Made by a program: the position numbers and the translations under genes
From: Minisyncoccota bacterium
Lineage (GTDB): Bacteria > Patescibacteriota > Minisyncoccia > Phycocordibacterales > XYD1-FULL-46-19
NCBI GenBank assembly: GCA_041649495.1
Contig: JBAZMZ010000003.1
Coordinates: 6,602 to 70,601, forward strand
DNA length: 64,000 bases
Direction of reading: 5' to 3'
Notes under the pieces: generated by a model
The model's database searches: none
Told to the model about the DNA's origin: nothing
The model's input: the letters and a program-made list of their open reading frames with translations, nothing else
Part shown: positions 9,559-20,707 of the stretch, piece by piece
Layout of the letters: each line of letters starts with the position of its first letter
How positions within the stretch are numbered: position 1 is the stretch's first letter

Positions 9559-10665
9559 ATGAAAACTTTATTTTTTGAATTAGAAAATTGGGAACGAGAG
9601 TTTATCGAAGCAAGTTCAAAGTCGGACTTAGTTACACAAAGTACGACTTCTAACTTGCCGACCGAACCAGAAGTCGTATCTCGCGTAGCCAGATCCGACT
9701 TCGAGTTCGTTGAAGGAGTTTTGGCTGAGGAGACGATTGCCAAATTAACCGACGAGCAAAAAGAGGCCGAGATTATTTCTATTTTTGTGGATTCGGTGAT
9801 AAATGCGAAAGTTTTAGAGAGCTTCCCGAATTTAAAAATGATTGCGACGCGGTCAACTGGTTATGACCATATTGAACTTGAAGCTTGTCGAGCCAAGGGA
9901 ATAATGGTAGCCAATGTGCCAAGCTATGGCGAAGAAACGGTGGCTGAATATGCTTTTGCTTTAATGCTCACCTTGTCGCGCAAAATTTTTGAGAGTTATG
10001 ACCGGATTAAAGAAACGGGGAGTTTTGACCTTACTGGGATGCGTGGTTTTGATTTGAATGGCAAAACCTTGGGAGTGATTGGCACGGGCAAAATCGGCAA
10101 GAATGTCATTGAAATTGCCAATGGCTTCAACATGAAGGTGATTGCCTATGACAAATTCCCCGATGAAGCTTATCGGCAAAAAATGGGTTATGAGTATCTC
10201 TCGTTTGATGAAGTGCTGGCCCAGTCTGACATTTTGACGCTTCATGTGCCTTTTTTGCCCGAAAATGAACATTTGATTAATGCCGAAACCATCGCCAAGA
10301 TGAAAAAAGGCGTTTATTTAATCAACACCGCGCGCGGAGCTTTAGTTGACACGGATGCTTTGCTTAAAGCTCTCCAATCTGGGCAAATTGCTGGTGCTGG
10401 TCTAGATGTGCTGGAAGAAGAGGGGGTCATTAAAGATGAATTAAATTTTCTCACTCGTCTCTCGTCAGGGCAAGCCAGTGCTCATCAAAATGGTCATAAT
10501 TTTAAAACGATTTTAGAGAACCACGTCTTGGTCGATCTGCCGAATGTTGTGATCACGCCCCACAACGCTTTCAATACTTGGGAAGCGCTCAAACGAATTC
10601 TTAATACCACGCTTGAAAATATCAAAAGCTTCTCCGCCGGCATCCCCCAAAATTTGGTGAAATAA
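9559..10665 (+). CDS. D-2-hydroxyacid (D-lactate-type) dehydrogenase with palindromic insertions
   Basis: RSTGYDHI, GVIGTGKIG, INTARG, GLDVLEEE and TPHNAF motifs. Confidence 0.9.
   Translation: MKTLFFELENWEREFIEASSKSDLVTQSTTSNLPTEPEVVSRVARSDFEFVEGVLAEETIAKLTDEQKEAEIISIFVDSVINAKVLESFPNLKMIATRSTGYDHIELEACRAKGIMVANVPSYGEETVAEYAFALMLTLSRKIFESYDRIKETGSFDLTGMRGFDLNGKTLGVIGTGKIGKNVIEIANGFNMKVIAYDKFPDEAYRQKMGYEYLSFDEVLAQSDILTLHVPFLPENEHLINAETIAKMKKGVYLINTARGALVDTDALLKALQSGQIAGAGLDVLEEEGVIKDELNFLTRLSSGQASAHQNGHNFKTILENHVLVDLPNVVITPHNAFNTWEALKRILNTTLENIKSFSAGIPQNLVK
9616..9704. repeat. Family A REPIN-like pair, in frame in the dehydrogenase gene
   Basis: Arms 9616-9651 and 9669-9704; the right arm is identical to 61569-61604 and the left arm recurs at 11749-11785. 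Confidence 0.9.
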
Positions 10666-10774
10666 TTTGGGAGCCGAACTCCCAAACTTGCTTGGCAGGC
10701 AAGGGTGTTTGGGTGTATAATAATAGGTAGAGTGTTCACTAGCTTGCCCCCTAGGAAGGGCGTAGGAGTTTGTT

Positions 10775-10963
10775 ATGCATGTCCTCGATTTAACACATCT
10801 CTTGGTTGCGCGGGCTTTCGGTCTAGAGGAGGCACGGAAGCGTCGCTTAAAAAGACGTCTCGATGGTCTCCAGGACCAGGAGAAGCTCAATGATGCCCTC
10901 AACCGTCAACGGGAGTGGCAGTCTTACGCCGAAAAGACTGCTTTTGACGACGATCGCGATTGA
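10775..10963 (+). CDS. Hypothetical small orphan protein
   Basis: AGGAG ribosome-binding site, upstream TATAAT and a downstream GC-rich hairpin (about 10968-11013). Confidence 0.5.
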   Translation: MHVLDLTHLLVARAFGLEEARKRRLKRRLDGLQDQEKLNDALNRQREWQSYAEKTAFDDDRD

Positions 10964-11085
10964 CGACCCGCCCCGATTTGCGTTGCAGAAGCCACGCCGA
11001 TCGAGGGCGGGCTTTCTGTTTATGAAAGAAATAAAATTCCGCCCTAAATTTTATAAAAATCAAGAATTTTGCTAGCATTAAGCTC

Positions 11086-12423
11086 GTGAGCGATTTTAGT
11101 TTTAAAATTGAGAAGAAGATGAAGACTGGCCTCGGGCGGGCTGGGGTGATTCACACGGCGCATGGCGATATTGAAACGCCAGCTTTTGTGACGGTGGGTA
11201 CCAAGGCGACGGTTAAAGCGCTGACGCCAGAAATGGTTAATAGTTTGGGTGCATCCGTAGTTTTGGCTAATACTTATCATCTCTATTTGGAACCCGGCGA
11301 TGAATTGGTGAAAAAGGCGGGCGGACTTCATCGTTTTATGAATTATGATGGGCCAATGATGACCGACTCGGGCGGGTTTCAAGTTTTTTCGCTTGGGGCA
11401 GCGTTCGGCGAAGGGGGAATTAGTAAGCTGATAAATGGCTTAACATCGGAAGTCGAACTTCGGAACATTAGTAAAATGGGGATAAATGGAGAGGGTGTTG
11501 CTAAACTAGCTAAGATTGATGAGGATGGCGTCACTTTCAAATCAGTGATTGATGGGTCGGAACATCGCTTCACACCCGAGCGCTCGATGCAAATCCAGCA
11601 TAATCTGGGCGCTGATATTATTTTTGCGTTTGATGAATGCACTTCGCCCTTGGCCGATTATGATTATCAGAAAGAGGCGATGGCGCGAACGCATCGTTGG
11701 GCGGAACGGTCGTTAAAAGAGCATCAAAGACTGATTCGCGAGGCAAATTCGAAGTCGGACTTAGTTACACAAAGTACGACTTCGAATCACCCCTCGCTCG
11801 ACGAGTCGGGTGAGCCCGAAGTCCAACTTCTGGGCACCTCGAAGTTGGACTTCAAGCCGACTACTCGACGATCCACTCTCCCGGCTTTGTTCGGTATTGT
11901 TCAGGGGGGTCGGCATCAGGATTTACGCGAAGAAAGTGCACGAATGATTGGGGCGATGGACTTTGCTGGGTTTGGTATTGGCGGGTCGTTTAATAAAGAA
12001 GATATGGGCACGGCCGTTGGTTGGGTCAGTGAAATTTTGCCGGAAGATAAGCCCAGACATTTGCTTGGGATTGGTGAGCCGGCGGATATTATTGAAGGCA
12101 TCAAGAATGGCGCCGATACTTTTGATTGTGTGACACCGACGCGGATGGCGCGCAATGGGACTTTGATGGTTAAAAATGGCAGGTTAAATATTCTTAACGC
12201 TCAATATCGCGAAGATTTGGGTCCAATTGAAAAAGGTTGTGGTTGCTATGTTTGCCAACTTAACTCTGACGGTACCGCCAAATATTCACGCGCTTATCTC
12301 GCCCACCTCTTTCGCGCCAAAGAAATCTTGGCTTCGACTCTGGCTTCGATTCATAACCTCTATTTCTTGATTCATTTGACCAAGCAGATTCGCCAAGACA
12401 TTTTAGCTGAAAAATTTAAATAA
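11086..12423 (+). CDS. tgt: tRNA-guanine transglycosylase with two palindromic insertions
   Basis: NTYHL, TDSGGFQVFSL, VQGG, DTFDCVTPTR and CGCYVC..HN Zn site. Confidence 0.96.
   Translation: MSDFSFKIEKKMKTGLGRAGVIHTAHGDIETPAFVTVGTKATVKALTPEMVNSLGASVVLANTYHLYLEPGDELVKKAGGLHRFMNYDGPMMTDSGGFQVFSLGAAFGEGGISKLINGLTSEVELRNISKMGINGEGVAKLAKIDEDGVTFKSVIDGSEHRFTPERSMQIQHNLGADIIFAFDECTSPLADYDYQKEAMARTHRWAERSLKEHQRLIREANSKSDLVTQSTTSNHPSLDESGEPEVQLLGTSKLDFKPTTRRSTLPALFGIVQGGRHQDLREESARMIGAMDFAGFGIGGSFNKEDMGTAVGWVSEILPEDKPRHLLGIGEPADIIEGIKNGADTFDCVTPTRMARNGTLMVKNGRLNILNAQYREDLGPIEKGCGCYVCQLNSDGTAKYSRAYLAHLFRAKEILASTLASIHNLYFLIHLTKQIRQDILAEKFK
11445..11485. repeat. Copy of the RAYT-flank element, in frame in tgt
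   Basis: ATCGGAAGTCGAACTTCGGAACATTAGTAAAATGGGGATAA. Confidence 0.85.
11749..11853. repeat. Two family A doublets, in frame in tgt
   Basis: GAAGTCGGACTTA..AAAGTACGACTTC and GAAGTCCAACTTC-TGGGCACCTC-GAAGTTGGACTTC. Confidence 0.9.
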
Positions 12424-12424
12424 A

Positions 12425-14434
12425 ATGAACAAAAAAATATTCAACTTAAAATCAAAATTTGCTCCAGCCGGGGATCAGCCTAAGGCAATTAAGACGTTGG
12501 TCGCGGGGTTGAAGAAGGGTCGAGAACATCAGACCTTATTAGGCGTGACTGGTTCAGGCAAGACCTTTGCTATGGCTAATGTAATTGCCGAATACAATAA
12601 ACCAACTTTAGTCATTGCCCACAATAAAACGTTGGCGGCTCAACTGGCGCAAGAATACCGCGATTTTTTCCCCGATCACGCGGTGCATTATTTTGTCTCT
12701 TATTACGATTACTATCAGCCCGAGGCCTATATTGCTCACTCCGATACTTATATTGAGAAGGATGCAAGTATTAATGAGGAGATTGAGCGATTAAGACATG
12801 CCTCAACCCAAGCGTTATTGACGAGGTCGGATGTAATTATCGTCGCCTCGGTCTCGTGTATTTATGGCCTCGGTTCACCCGAGGAATATGCCAAGAGTTT
12901 TGTCAGATTGTTGGTGGGCGATAAATATACTCGCCAAGAAATAATTGAGAAATTGATTAGTGTTTATTATGAACGCACTAATGCTGATCTTACCCCGGGC
13001 ACTTTTCGCGCCATCGGTAACTCGGTGGAGATTATGCCACCGGGCGAAAGGGAGATTGTAAACTTAAAAATGGCGGGCGACTCGATTAGCCAGATTCTAA
13101 TTATTGACGCTATTTCGCGCCAGATAATTAATGAGCCAAACGAGACTTATCTTTACCCCGCCAAACATTTTATTACGACCGATAAGGAACGCGATCGGGC
13201 GATTGCTTCGATCCAGGCCGAGCTTGAAGAGAGATTGAAAGAGCTAAATAAAGAGGGCAAATTGCTTGAAGCCGAGAGATTAAAGCGTCGCACTAATTAT
13301 GATCTCGCGATGATCAAAGAGATTGGTTATTGTAATGGGATTGAGAATTACTCGCGTCATTTGTCGGGCCGAAAAAAGGGGGAAGCGCCCGCGACGCTCT
13401 TAGACTATTTTCCTCATCAGGCCAATGGCTCGGCCGACTTTTTGACAATTATTGATGAATCTCATGTGGCCGTGCCTCAAATTCGTGGGATGTTTGCTGG
13501 TGACGAGAGTCGCAAAAAGAATTTGGTGGCATACGGTTTTCGGCTTCCCTCCGCGCTTGATAATCGCCCTTTACGCTTCCCGGAATTTGAAGAACGGGTT
13601 GGACCGGTAATTTATACGAGCGCGACGCCGGGGGAATATGAATTGGAAAAAAGTGGCAAGAAAGGGGTTGTTGAACAAATTATTCGTCCGACCGGTTTGA
13701 TTGATCCAGAGATTGAGGTGAGGCCTATTCTTAATAACCAAATAAAAGACTTTATTAAAGAAGCCCAAAAAGAAATTAAAAATGGTCATCGCGTCATCGC
13801 GACCACCTTAACCAAGAAGATGGCCGAGGATTTGGCCGAGTTTTTGAAAAAGGAGGGGGTGAAGTCTGAATATCTACATAGTGAAGTGAAGACGATGGAG
13901 CGGATCAAAATTTTGACGGATTTTCGTCGCGGGGTTTTTGATTGTCTGGCTGGCGTTAACTTATTGCGCGAAGGTTTGGATTTGCCCGAAGTTTCGTTTA
14001 TCGGGATTTTGGATGCCGACAAAGAAGGCTTTTTGCGTTCGGAGGTCTCGCTGATTCAAACTATTGGTCGCGCGGCCCGCAATTTGGCCGGCCGAGTGAT
14101 CCTTTACGCCGATGTCATGACGGGTTCGATGCAGAAGGCGATTGATGAAACTAATCGTCGGCGAGCTATCCAATTGGCTTATAACAAGAAGCACCACATC
14201 ACGCCGGTTTCGATTACCAAAAAGATTCATGATATCACCGATTCGTTGGCGGGTGAGCGTCATAAAGCAGTGGCCAATTTGTTAGCGATCGAAATGCCCG
14301 GTCTCGATCGGAAGGGTTTGAGGAAATTAATCAAAGAAAAAAACAAACAAATGACCGAAGCCGTCAAAAATCTCGACTTCGAAACCGCGGCCATTTTAAG
14401 GGATGAGATTCGCGAATTGGAGAAAAATCGATAA
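12425..14434 (+). CDS. uvrB: Excinuclease ABC subunit B
   Basis: GVTGSGKT, YYDYYQPEAY, DESH, NLLREGLD and C-terminal UVR motif. Confidence 0.98.
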   Translation: MNKKIFNLKSKFAPAGDQPKAIKTLVAGLKKGREHQTLLGVTGSGKTFAMANVIAEYNKPTLVIAHNKTLAAQLAQEYRDFFPDHAVHYFVSYYDYYQPEAYIAHSDTYIEKDASINEEIERLRHASTQALLTRSDVIIVASVSCIYGLGSPEEYAKSFVRLLVGDKYTRQEIIEKLISVYYERTNADLTPGTFRAIGNSVEIMPPGEREIVNLKMAGDSISQILIIDAISRQIINEPNETYLYPAKHFITTDKERDRAIASIQAELEERLKELNKEGKLLEAERLKRRTNYDLAMIKEIGYCNGIENYSRHLSGRKKGEAPATLLDYFPHQANGSADFLTIIDESHVAVPQIRGMFAGDESRKKNLVAYGFRLPSALDNRPLRFPEFEERVGPVIYTSATPGEYELEKSGKKGVVEQIIRPTGLIDPEIEVRPILNNQIKDFIKEAQKEIKNGHRVIATTLTKKMAEDLAEFLKKEGVKSEYLHSEVKTMERIKILTDFRRGVFDCLAGVNLLREGLDLPEVSFIGILDADKEGFLRSEVSLIQTIGRAARNLAGRVILYADVMTGSMQKAIDETNRRRAIQLAYNKKHHITPVSITKKIHDITDSLAGERHKAVANLLAIEMPGLDRKGLRKLIKEKNKQMTEAVKNLDFETAAILRDEIRELEKNR

Positions 14435-14452
14435 TAGCTTTATAATCTAAAC

Positions 14453-15013
14453 ATGAAATTAATTATTCTAAGAGGCCTGCTCGGTTCGGGGAAAACAGAA
14501 TTAGCCAATAAATTAGCTGCCGATCTGGGCGCTGAGGTCTTGCATATTGATAATTTTAAAACTCAAATCCGAAAGGATTTCCCTGGCCAATATTCTTGGA
14601 CAGAGATTAAAGCAAAAGCCTATGACTCAGCCCTTGAATATTTAGCAAAGGCCGAAACTAACGAAGTACCAGTACTTGTTTGTGAGGAGCTACTACAAGA
14701 CAAGGCTTTTGTCCGTCGACTTATCGACTTTTGTCAGGAAAAGGGGGTTGAGACAAGCTGGTTTAGGGTTGAGAGAAGTTTAGAAAAACTTTTGGAGTTA
14801 GAGCAAACGCCAGAGAGGGCCAAGAGGCCCGTTCATAATTCGAAGGAAGATTTTGAGAACTTGGATAGAGAAATTAGGGAAATTGTCATCCCTGACGAAA
14901 AAATAATTGATAATAATGGTAGTTTAAGCGAAGCCTTGTTGGAAATAGAAAATTTGTTGGGAGGAGAAAATCTGTCCCGAGAGTTATCGATTGAAACCCA
15001 AAAAATTAGGTAA
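14453..15013 (+). CDS. P-loop kinase (AAA_33-like)
   Basis: N-terminal LRGLLGSGKT Walker A. Confidence 0.75.
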   Translation: MKLIILRGLLGSGKTELANKLAADLGAEVLHIDNFKTQIRKDFPGQYSWTEIKAKAYDSALEYLAKAETNEVPVLVCEELLQDKAFVRRLIDFCQEKGVETSWFRVERSLEKLLELEQTPERAKRPVHNSKEDFENLDREIREIVIPDEKIIDNNGSLSEALLEIENLLGGENLSRELSIETQKIR

Positions 15014-15156
15014 TTCTAAATTGACAAATTTGTGAAATAGGCAAAAATTAAACCCTGTGTTATAATCACCCCATCACCCTATGGGCCAACCAGAGGGCCA
15101 TTAATGGTGCGATGCCAATTTACGAAGGCATGTTAATGATACGAATATATTAAAAA

Positions 15157-17817
15157 ATGGAAGAACATAAAATCAAAATTAAGGGGGCGCGAACGCATAA
15201 CCTTAAAAATATTAATTTAGAAATACCGCGCAATAAGCTAGTGGTTTTTACGGGTTTGTCGGGGTCGGGGAAATCAAGCCTGGCGTTTGATACGATTTTT
15301 GCCGAGGGTCAAAGACGCTATGTCGAATCCTTGTCGGCTTACGCGCGACAATTTTTGAAGCAATTGCCTAAGCCTGACGTGGACGAAATTTCGGGTTTGT
15401 CGCCAGCGATTTCGATTGATCAAAAATCTCGTTCGCATAACCCACGCTCAACGGTGGCCACGATTACCGAAATTTATGATTATTTGCGCGTGCTTTATGC
15501 CCGCATTGGTCAACCCCATTGTCCGGTTTGTGGCACGCGGATTGAGAAATTGTCGCACGAGGAAATTGTGAATTTTGTGAAAGCTAAGATGGATGAGGCT
15601 ACCGAAGTTGGACTTCGGGCTCATCGAAGTCCAACTTCTTCCGCCTTAGCCGCCTCTGTTACTTTACTTGCGCCGGTTGTGAGGGGCCGAAAAGGCGAGT
15701 ATTATCAATTGCTTTATGATTTAATCGAAAAAGGTTACTCCGAAGTTTTGATTGATGGCAAAAAGCACAAATTGCGCGAACGAATCATTCTGACTAAAAC
15801 CAAAAAGCACGATATCGATGTGGTAATCGATGAGATACCTTTAGCGGACTTTAATCAAAAGGTCACCAAGAACTCCCCTTTAAAAACTTCTCAAGGGAAG
15901 TCCTTGGCGACGATTGTGGCTTCAGCTAAATCTGACTCGGCTAATGAAAGATTGACTGAAGGGGTTGAGCGAGCGCTTAAAGAAGCCGATGGTTTGGTTA
16001 AAATTGTTATCAATGGCGAGATCTCTTTGTTGTCTTCAAAATTCGCTTGCCCCAACGACGGCTTCTCCTTCCCCGAAATTGAACCACGTCTTTTTTCGTT
16101 CAACTCGCCTTATGGCGCTTGCCCAGAGTGTCACGGTTTGGGCACCAAACATATGTGGGGCAATGAGATTTGCGAGGTTTGCCAAGGCGCGCGTTTGCGA
16201 CCGGAGGCCTTGCAGGTTAAAATCCCTTCGGCCAGCTCAGGGCAAGCTCTTAACATTGTCGAGACAGTTAACCTGTCAATTGGCGAAGCCAAAAAACTTT
16301 TCGAGACACTTAAACTTACGCCGAAAGAAAAAGCGATCTCCGAAGTTTTATTAAAAGAAATTGGCGCGCGATTAAAATTCTTAAATGATGTTGGCTTAGA
16401 TTATGTTGAGTTAAGCCGACGAGCCGACACGCTTAGTGGTGGTGAGGCTCAACGAATTCGTCTTGCTTCGCAACTTGGTTCGCGTTTGGTGGGCACGCTC
16501 TATGTGCTTGATGAACCAACAATTGGTTTGCACGCGCGTGACAATGATAAATTGATTAAGACCTTACTCGAGTTGCGTGATTTGGGCAACTCTATTGTGG
16601 TGGTTGAGCACGACGAGGACACGATTTTCGCTTCGGATTATTTAGTTGATATTGGACCTGGCGCCGGTGTGCATGGTGGGCATATTGTAGTGGCTGACGA
16701 GACTGACAAACTTTTAACCTCCAAGAAAAATGATTATCACTCACTAACCGTCGATTATCTGCGGGGTGATCTTGAAATCCCCGTACCGGAAAATCGGCGG
16801 ATTAAAGATAAGGGGACGATCAAAATTCGCGGTGGCAATATCTTTAATATCAAAAATCTCAATGTTGATATCCCTTTGGGGAGATTGGTGGCAATTACGG
16901 GCGTTTCGGGTTCGGGCAAATCGTCATTGATTTATGAAATTTTACACAAAAATTTACAGGGTCGGCTTGAACGACGTTATCGCACTAACGAGCTCTTTAA
17001 TTGTCACGAGTTTAGCGGGAGCGAATATTTAAGCCGAGTGGTAATGATTGACCAGTCACCAATTGGTCGCACCCCACGTTCGAATCCGGCCACTTATACT
17101 GGGGCCTTTACCTTTATTCGCGAATTATTGGCGGAGACGGCGCTGGCCCGAGCTCGGGGTTGGAAGGCGTCCCGCTTCTCCTTCAACGTGGCGGGGGGTC
17201 GGTGTGAGGCTTGTCAGGGCAATGGCGAAGTCGCGGTCGAAATGCATTTTTTGCCAACCATCTATGTCCCCTGCGATATTTGTCACGGAACAAGGTATGA
17301 AAAAGATACGCTTGAGGTGCAGTACAAGAAAAAAAATATCAGTCAGATTTTGCACCTGACGGTGGAAGAGGCGCTCGAATTTTTTAATGACATTCCCGCC
17401 ATTCATGATCGATTAAAAACGCTTAATGAAGTGGGGCTTGGCTATTTAGAATTAGGTCAATCGGCTACCGATTTGTCTGGGGGTGAAGCGCAACGGGTTA
17501 AGATTTCATCCGAACTTTATCGTCCTCATACTGAACGGACCTTGTATATATTAGATGAGCCGACTATTGGTCTCCATTACGAAGATGTTAAAAAGTTAAA
17601 TGAGATTTTGCAAAAATTAGTGGAGAAGGGGAATACGGTGGTGGTCATTGAGCATAATATGGAGGTAATTAAATGTGCCGATTATATTATTGATTTGGGG
17701 CCCGAAGGTGGGCTCGGTGGTGGAAATTTGGTGGCCAAGGGCACACCCGAAGAAGTGGCTTACGCGCCCGGGTCTCACACCGCCAAATATTTGAAGAGAG
17801 CCTTGCGGAAAAAATAA
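15157..17817 (+). CDS. uvrA: Excinuclease ABC subunit A with three palindromic insertions
   Basis: Two ABC domains ([24 protein letters not shown]) and Zn fingers. Confidence 0.98.
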   Translation: MEEHKIKIKGARTHNLKNINLEIPRNKLVVFTGLSGSGKSSLAFDTIFAEGQRRYVESLSAYARQFLKQLPKPDVDEISGLSPAISIDQKSRSHNPRSTVATITEIYDYLRVLYARIGQPHCPVCGTRIEKLSHEEIVNFVKAKMDEATEVGLRAHRSPTSSALAASVTLLAPVVRGRKGEYYQLLYDLIEKGYSEVLIDGKKHKLRERIILTKTKKHDIDVVIDEIPLADFNQKVTKNSPLKTSQGKSLATIVASAKSDSANERLTEGVERALKEADGLVKIVINGEISLLSSKFACPNDGFSFPEIEPRLFSFNSPYGACPECHGLGTKHMWGNEICEVCQGARLRPEALQVKIPSASSGQALNIVETVNLSIGEAKKLFETLKLTPKEKAISEVLLKEIGARLKFLNDVGLDYVELSRRADTLSGGEAQRIRLASQLGSRLVGTLYVLDEPTIGLHARDNDKLIKTLLELRDLGNSIVVVEHDEDTIFASDYLVDIGPGAGVHGGHIVVADETDKLLTSKKNDYHSLTVDYLRGDLEIPVPENRRIKDKGTIKIRGGNIFNIKNLNVDIPLGRLVAITGVSGSGKSSLIYEILHKNLQGRLERRYRTNELFNCHEFSGSEYLSRVVMIDQSPIGRTPRSNPATYTGAFTFIRELLAETALARARGWKASRFSFNVAGGRCEACQGNGEVAVEMHFLPTIYVPCDICHGTRYEKDTLEVQYKKKNISQILHLTVEEALEFFNDIPAIHDRLKTLNEVGLGYLELGQSATDLSGGEAQRVKISSELYRPHTERTLYILDEPTIGLHYEDVKKLNEILQKLVEKGNTVVVIEHNMEVIKCADYIIDLGPEGGLGGGNLVAKGTPEEVAYAPGSHTAKYLKRALRKK
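15604..15638. repeat. Family A doublet in uvrA
   Basis: GAAGTTGGACTTC-GGGCTCATC-GAAGTCCAACTTC. Confidence 0.9.
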
Positions 17818-17821
17818 AAAA

Positions 17822-19207
17822 ATGAAGTCTCAAGACTTAAAAAAATACAAATTACCTGATTTGCCAGGGGTCTATTTTTTTCAACGGGATCGAGAAATTC
17901 TTTATGTTGGCAAAGCCACTTCACTCAAAGATCGCGTGAAGAGTTATTTTGCGGGTGATTTGGGAGAGACGAGAGGCCCCAAGATTACCCAGATGCTTAC
18001 TCTCGCCAATAAAATAAAGTGGCAAGAGACCGATTCTGTTCTCGAGGCTTTATTGTTGGAGACTGAATTAATTAAAAAGCATCAACCAGTTTATAATACC
18101 CGAGAAAAAGACGACAAGAGTTATTGGTTTGTTATTATCACCGATGAAGATTTTCCTCGGGTTCTCCCGATCCGTGGTCGTGAGCTAGAAGGGCGAGCTT
18201 TGGGAAGTCGTACTTCAAGTGAGCCCGAAGTCCGACTTCAAAAAACGAAGCCCGAATTTGTTTTTGGGCCATTTCCTTATGGTGGGGAATTGAAAGAGGC
18301 TCTTAAAATAATTAGGAAAATTTTTCCGTATCGAGACAAATGCTTGCCTTGCGTCGCTTCAGCGAAGCAGGGTGTGCCTTGTCGGTTGAGAGGTGAGTCC
18401 TCAAGTGAGCCCGAGGTCTCTCCTCGTAACCGATGCCGACCTTGCTTCAACCGGCAAATTGGTCTTTGCCCTGGTGTTTGCACGGGTGAAATTTCAAAAA
18501 TTAATTATCGAAAAATTGTGCGAAATATTGAGTTGCTTTTTAGGGGTAAGAAAAAAGAGATAGTAAAAAAATTAGAGCAAGAGATGAAGTCGCTGGCGAA
18601 AAAACGAGAATTTGAGAAAGCGAGTGAGGTGAGAGATCAAATTTTCGCCCTGAATCATATTCGAGATGTGTCTTTATTAAAAAAGAGAAGTTCGATTGGG
18701 CGAGATCGTCCAATAAGCCCTTACTCAATCCGTCTTGAGGCCTATGACATCGCTCATTTGGCGGGGACAAATACGACGGGGGCAATGGTGGTGTGGCAAA
18801 ATGGCGAATTAGATAAGCATGAATATAAAAAATTTAAATTAAGGGGGGTCAAAGCTGGCTCGCCTGACGATCTGGCTAATCTTCACGAGATTTTGGAACG
18901 ACGCTTTAATCACCCTGAGTGGCCTCAACCAGATATTATTGTGGTGGATGGCAATCAGGTGCAGGTTGAGGTGGCAAAAAAAGTAATTAAGAGTCAGGTG
19001 CGAAAAATGACTTCGGGCTCACCTGAAGTCGCGTTTCGCACCCCACAAGTCATTGCCGTGACTAAAGATGATAAACATCGAGCCTCAAGATTAATTGGCG
19101 ATCCGGCCATCATCCGCGATTATCGTCAGGCCATTATTGAGGTTAATGCTGAGGCTCATCGTTTTGCACTGGCCTACCATAGAAAATTACGCCGGCGATT
19201 GGTATAA
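17822..19207 (+). CDS. uvrC: Excinuclease ABC subunit C (short form without C-terminal HhH) with several palindromic insertions
   Basis: GIY-YIG-type PGVY..YVGKA, UVR motif and RNase H-like EAYDIAH..DG..EAHRFA. Confidence 0.92.
   Translation: MKSQDLKKYKLPDLPGVYFFQRDREILYVGKATSLKDRVKSYFAGDLGETRGPKITQMLTLANKIKWQETDSVLEALLLETELIKKHQPVYNTREKDDKSYWFVIITDEDFPRVLPIRGRELEGRALGSRTSSEPEVRLQKTKPEFVFGPFPYGGELKEALKIIRKIFPYRDKCLPCVASAKQGVPCRLRGESSSEPEVSPRNRCRPCFNRQIGLCPGVCTGEISKINYRKIVRNIELLFRGKKKEIVKKLEQEMKSLAKKREFEKASEVRDQIFALNHIRDVSLLKKRSSIGRDRPISPYSIRLEAYDIAHLAGTNTTGAMVVWQNGELDKHEYKKFKLRGVKAGSPDDLANLHEILERRFNHPEWPQPDIIVVDGNQVQVEVAKKVIKSQVRKMTSGSPEVAFRTPQVIAVTKDDKHRASRLIGDPAIIRDYRQAIIEVNAEAHRFALAYHRKLRRRLV
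18204..18239. repeat. Family A doublet in uvrC
   Basis: GAAGTCGTACTTC-AAGTGAGCCC-GAAGTCCGACTTC. Confidence 0.9.
18390..18425. repeat. Family A variant doublet in uvrC
   Basis: GAGGTGAGTCCTC-AAGTGAGCCC-GAGGTCTCTCCTC, identical to 41071-41106. Confidence 0.9.
18997..19042. repeat. Family A hairpin in uvrC
   Basis: GGTGCGAAAAATGACTTC-GGGCTCACCT-GAAGTCGCGTTTCGCACC. Confidence 0.85.
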
Positions 19208-19214
19208 TAAAGGG

Positions 19215-20213
19215 GTGTTAATTCTTGATCCGTTTTTGAATTTTTCGTTTATTAATTATCCGAGTTTTTGGGTGATTTTGCTGGTCTTTTTTATCGCCGT
19301 GTTTTATCTTGGGCGTTTTTGGCAGAGTCGCGAAAGTCGTTTGCAATTATTGATCGACGAAGCGAATCTTAAGACTCAACAAATTCAAGAATTAGAGAAA
19401 GTTAATCGAGAACTCGAAGTTAAAAATCGTGAACTTTATTCGAAAGAGCTTGGTTTAACTTTAGCTAACAAGAAACTGCAAACACTGGAGGAAGCCAAAT
19501 CCAAGTTTATTTCGGTGACCACTCATCAACTCCGCACCCCTTTGGCCGCGATTAAATGGACACTTGACATGACGGCCAAGGGGCAATTAGGGCCAGTCAA
19601 TGACGATCAGAAGAAATTTTTGCTTCAAGGGTTAACTAGTACCAATCGGGTGATTTCCATCGTTAACGATTTGCTTAAAGTGGACTCAATTGACGCTGAC
19701 CAAGCTGATTATAATTTTGCTCCGACTGATTTGGTTAAATTGATTTCTAATTTAATTTTCGAATTTAATAGCCAAGCGGCGCTTAAAAAGATTAACTTTG
19801 TTTTTCTTAAGCCGCAAACAGCCGTCCCACTAGTCGAGATTGATGCCGATAAAATTCGAATGGTTGTTGAAAATCTTATTAATAACGCCGTCAAATATAC
19901 ACCCGAAAATGGTCAGGTAACGGTCAAAATTTCGGACGAGCAACTTAACCGGGCTGAAGGATCTCTAGTGGTCAGCGTGACCGACTCGGGGATTGGCATC
20001 CCGGCCAGCGAAACTGACAAAATTTTTCATAAATTCTTTCGCGCTTCAAACGCAATCAAGGCCGAGCCAGATGGTTCTGGTTTAGGCTTATTTATTGCTC
20101 GAGACATTATTGAGAAGCACGGGGGAGCGATTTGGTTTGAAAATCAGTCAGGGTCGGGTCCACAAGGCACGGTTTTCTCTTTCACTTTACCTTTACATCA
20201 AAAAAAAGTATAA
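19215..20213 (+). CDS. Membrane sensor histidine kinase (start uncertain)
   Basis: THQLRTPL H-box, NAVKY, DSGIGI and GSGLGL. Confidence 0.92.
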   Translation: MLILDPFLNFSFINYPSFWVILLVFFIAVFYLGRFWQSRESRLQLLIDEANLKTQQIQELEKVNRELEVKNRELYSKELGLTLANKKLQTLEEAKSKFISVTTHQLRTPLAAIKWTLDMTAKGQLGPVNDDQKKFLLQGLTSTNRVISIVNDLLKVDSIDADQADYNFAPTDLVKLISNLIFEFNSQAALKKINFVFLKPQTAVPLVEIDADKIRMVVENLINNAVKYTPENGQVTVKISDEQLNRAEGSLVVSVTDSGIGIPASETDKIFHKFFRASNAIKAEPDGSGLGLFIARDIIEKHGGAIWFENQSGSGPQGTVFSFTLPLHQKKV

Positions 20214-20273
20214 TCGAGACAGGTAGTAAGTAATAAGTAGTAAGTGAAAAATTAATAGTTTTAATAAAAAATT

Positions 20274-20654
20274 ATGGACAACACAGAACCAAAGAAAATT
20301 TTAATTGTCGAGGATGACGAGTTTTTGCGCTCGTTGAATGCCAAACGCTTAGAAACAGAGGGCTTCAAGGTCTCGGTGGCGGTGGACGGCCAGAGTGCGC
20401 TCGACCTGATTCCGAAAGAATTACCCGACCTCATTTTTCTCGATTTATTATTGCCGGGCGTTGACGGTTTTGAGGTGTTAAAAAAGATTAAGGCCGATGA
20501 AAAAACCAAAGCGATCCCGGTGATTGTTTTCTCCAATTTAGGTCAAAAAGAGGATATTGAGAAGGCCCATAATCTTGGCGCGCAGGATTTTCTCGTTAAA
20601 GCCAATTTTACTCTTGATGACGTCGTGCTTAAGATTAAAGAGGTTTTAAAATAA
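20274..20654 (+). CDS. Single-domain response regulator (receiver)
   Basis: ILIVEDD, LIFLDLLLP and FLVKA. Confidence 0.92.
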   Translation: MDNTEPKKILIVEDDEFLRSLNAKRLETEGFKVSVAVDGQSALDLIPKELPDLIFLDLLLPGVDGFEVLKKIKADEKTKAIPVIVFSNLGQKEDIEKAHNLGAQDFLVKANFTLDDVVLKIKEVLK

Positions 20655-20707
20655 AACATGCGATGCTAATCTGTGAATACATGCGAATCTACGAATAACA
20701 AATAGGT

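Noticed and set aside
19095-19214. Long N-terminus of the histidine kinase
   Set aside because: It overlaps the uvrC 3' end by more than 100 nt; a later start is more plausible.
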